The translations under genes and the position numbers were made by a program. Source: the human T2T-CHM13v2.0 reference genome, Homo sapiens. Taken from it: DNA of 64,000 nt. Below, piece by piece: positions 63,294-64,000 of the stretch. Location: assembly GCF_009914755.1 (NCBI RefSeq), contig NC_060939.1; one strand, written 5' to 3'. Below the pieces are notes generated by a model. The model saw only the letters and a program-made list of their open reading frames with translations. It searched no databases and was not told the DNA's origin. Positions within the stretch are counted from its first letter, which is position 1; the number at the start of each line of letters is the position of its first letter.

Positions 63294-64000
63294 GTAAGCA
63301 AGAGGTGCTTCCTGAAGGTTCTCGGTGTTCAGCAACACCCACTGCCACTGCCTGAGCTCTGTCTAGGAGCCAGGATCTTTGAGTACAGGAAGAAGAAAGA
63401 GCCTAAGGCAAGTCATTGGACCTGTCTGAGCAGGGTCTGGAAATGCGAATGTGTTGGTCAGAGGAAAGGGAGAAGCCATTCCCGAATGAACCTGCCATCT
63501 GTGGAAATGCGAAAGAGCATGGGGCTCTCCTCCCCTTTTTCTAGGCAGGTACACCTACACCCATTGCCTCAACTACAAGCTGTTTCACACAAAACCCATA
63601 TTTTTCTAGCCCCACTCTCTTTTGTGAGCTTCAGATTCATGGGTCCAAAATTCTATAGAACATCTCTGCTTCGAATCCTCAGAGTCAAGCTATCCAAAAC
63701 TGCATCACATTTGTCTTTCTTCCTCCTGTACTTCCTGTTAGTGGATCAGGCCAGAGGCTGATAAGATAACCCCCAGCCCCACATCCAGTCAGCAAGCAGG
63801 GCGTGTTGAGTCTAGCTACGAAAATGCCACTAACCTGACCCCTCCTCTCTCTCCACAAAGATAGTGTCTTAGTGTCGGCTTCCGCCATCTCACACCTGTA
63901 TTCCTCCTAAGATTCCCTGTCCCTGCCTGTGCCCTCAGCCTAAACAGACACGGCAGCCAAGGTGGCAAGGTGAAAAGCCAGTCTGAGCATGTTGTTCCCC

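Overview
Primate (human or great-ape) genomic DNA lying wholly inside the + strand gene IQCH (IQ motif containing H; human 15q23). Three coding exons are supported by GT-AG sites and matching phases (14923-15043, 19292-19578, 63123-63293), separated by 4,248-bp and 43,544-bp introns; the gene continues beyond both window ends. The rest is intron rich in retroelements: about 30 Alu copies or fragments, a near full-length L1PB (+, 34179-41585), a full-length L1PA3/4-type element (-, 46225-52367), older L1M, L2, MIR, MLT1 and MER fragments, and microsatellites. Most ORF-track entries are repeat-derived or chance ORFs. No prokaryotic-type system, CRISPR array, tRNA or rRNA is present. Most interesting observations: (1) the antisense L1PA carries an open, extended 156-aa ORF0 with two phase-0 donor motifs that would splice in frame to the next IQCH exon; (2) the same L1 has an AluSc fragment fused to its 5' end inside the target-site duplication (TSD); (3) a head-to-head Alu pair whose 21-bp spacer appears inverted, with signs of gene conversion; (4) a series of minus-strand splice-bounded segments ending at a poly(A) site, possibly IQCH-AS1 exons or a decayed nested gene (speculative). 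Repeat subfamily calls are by eye and their boundaries are approximate.
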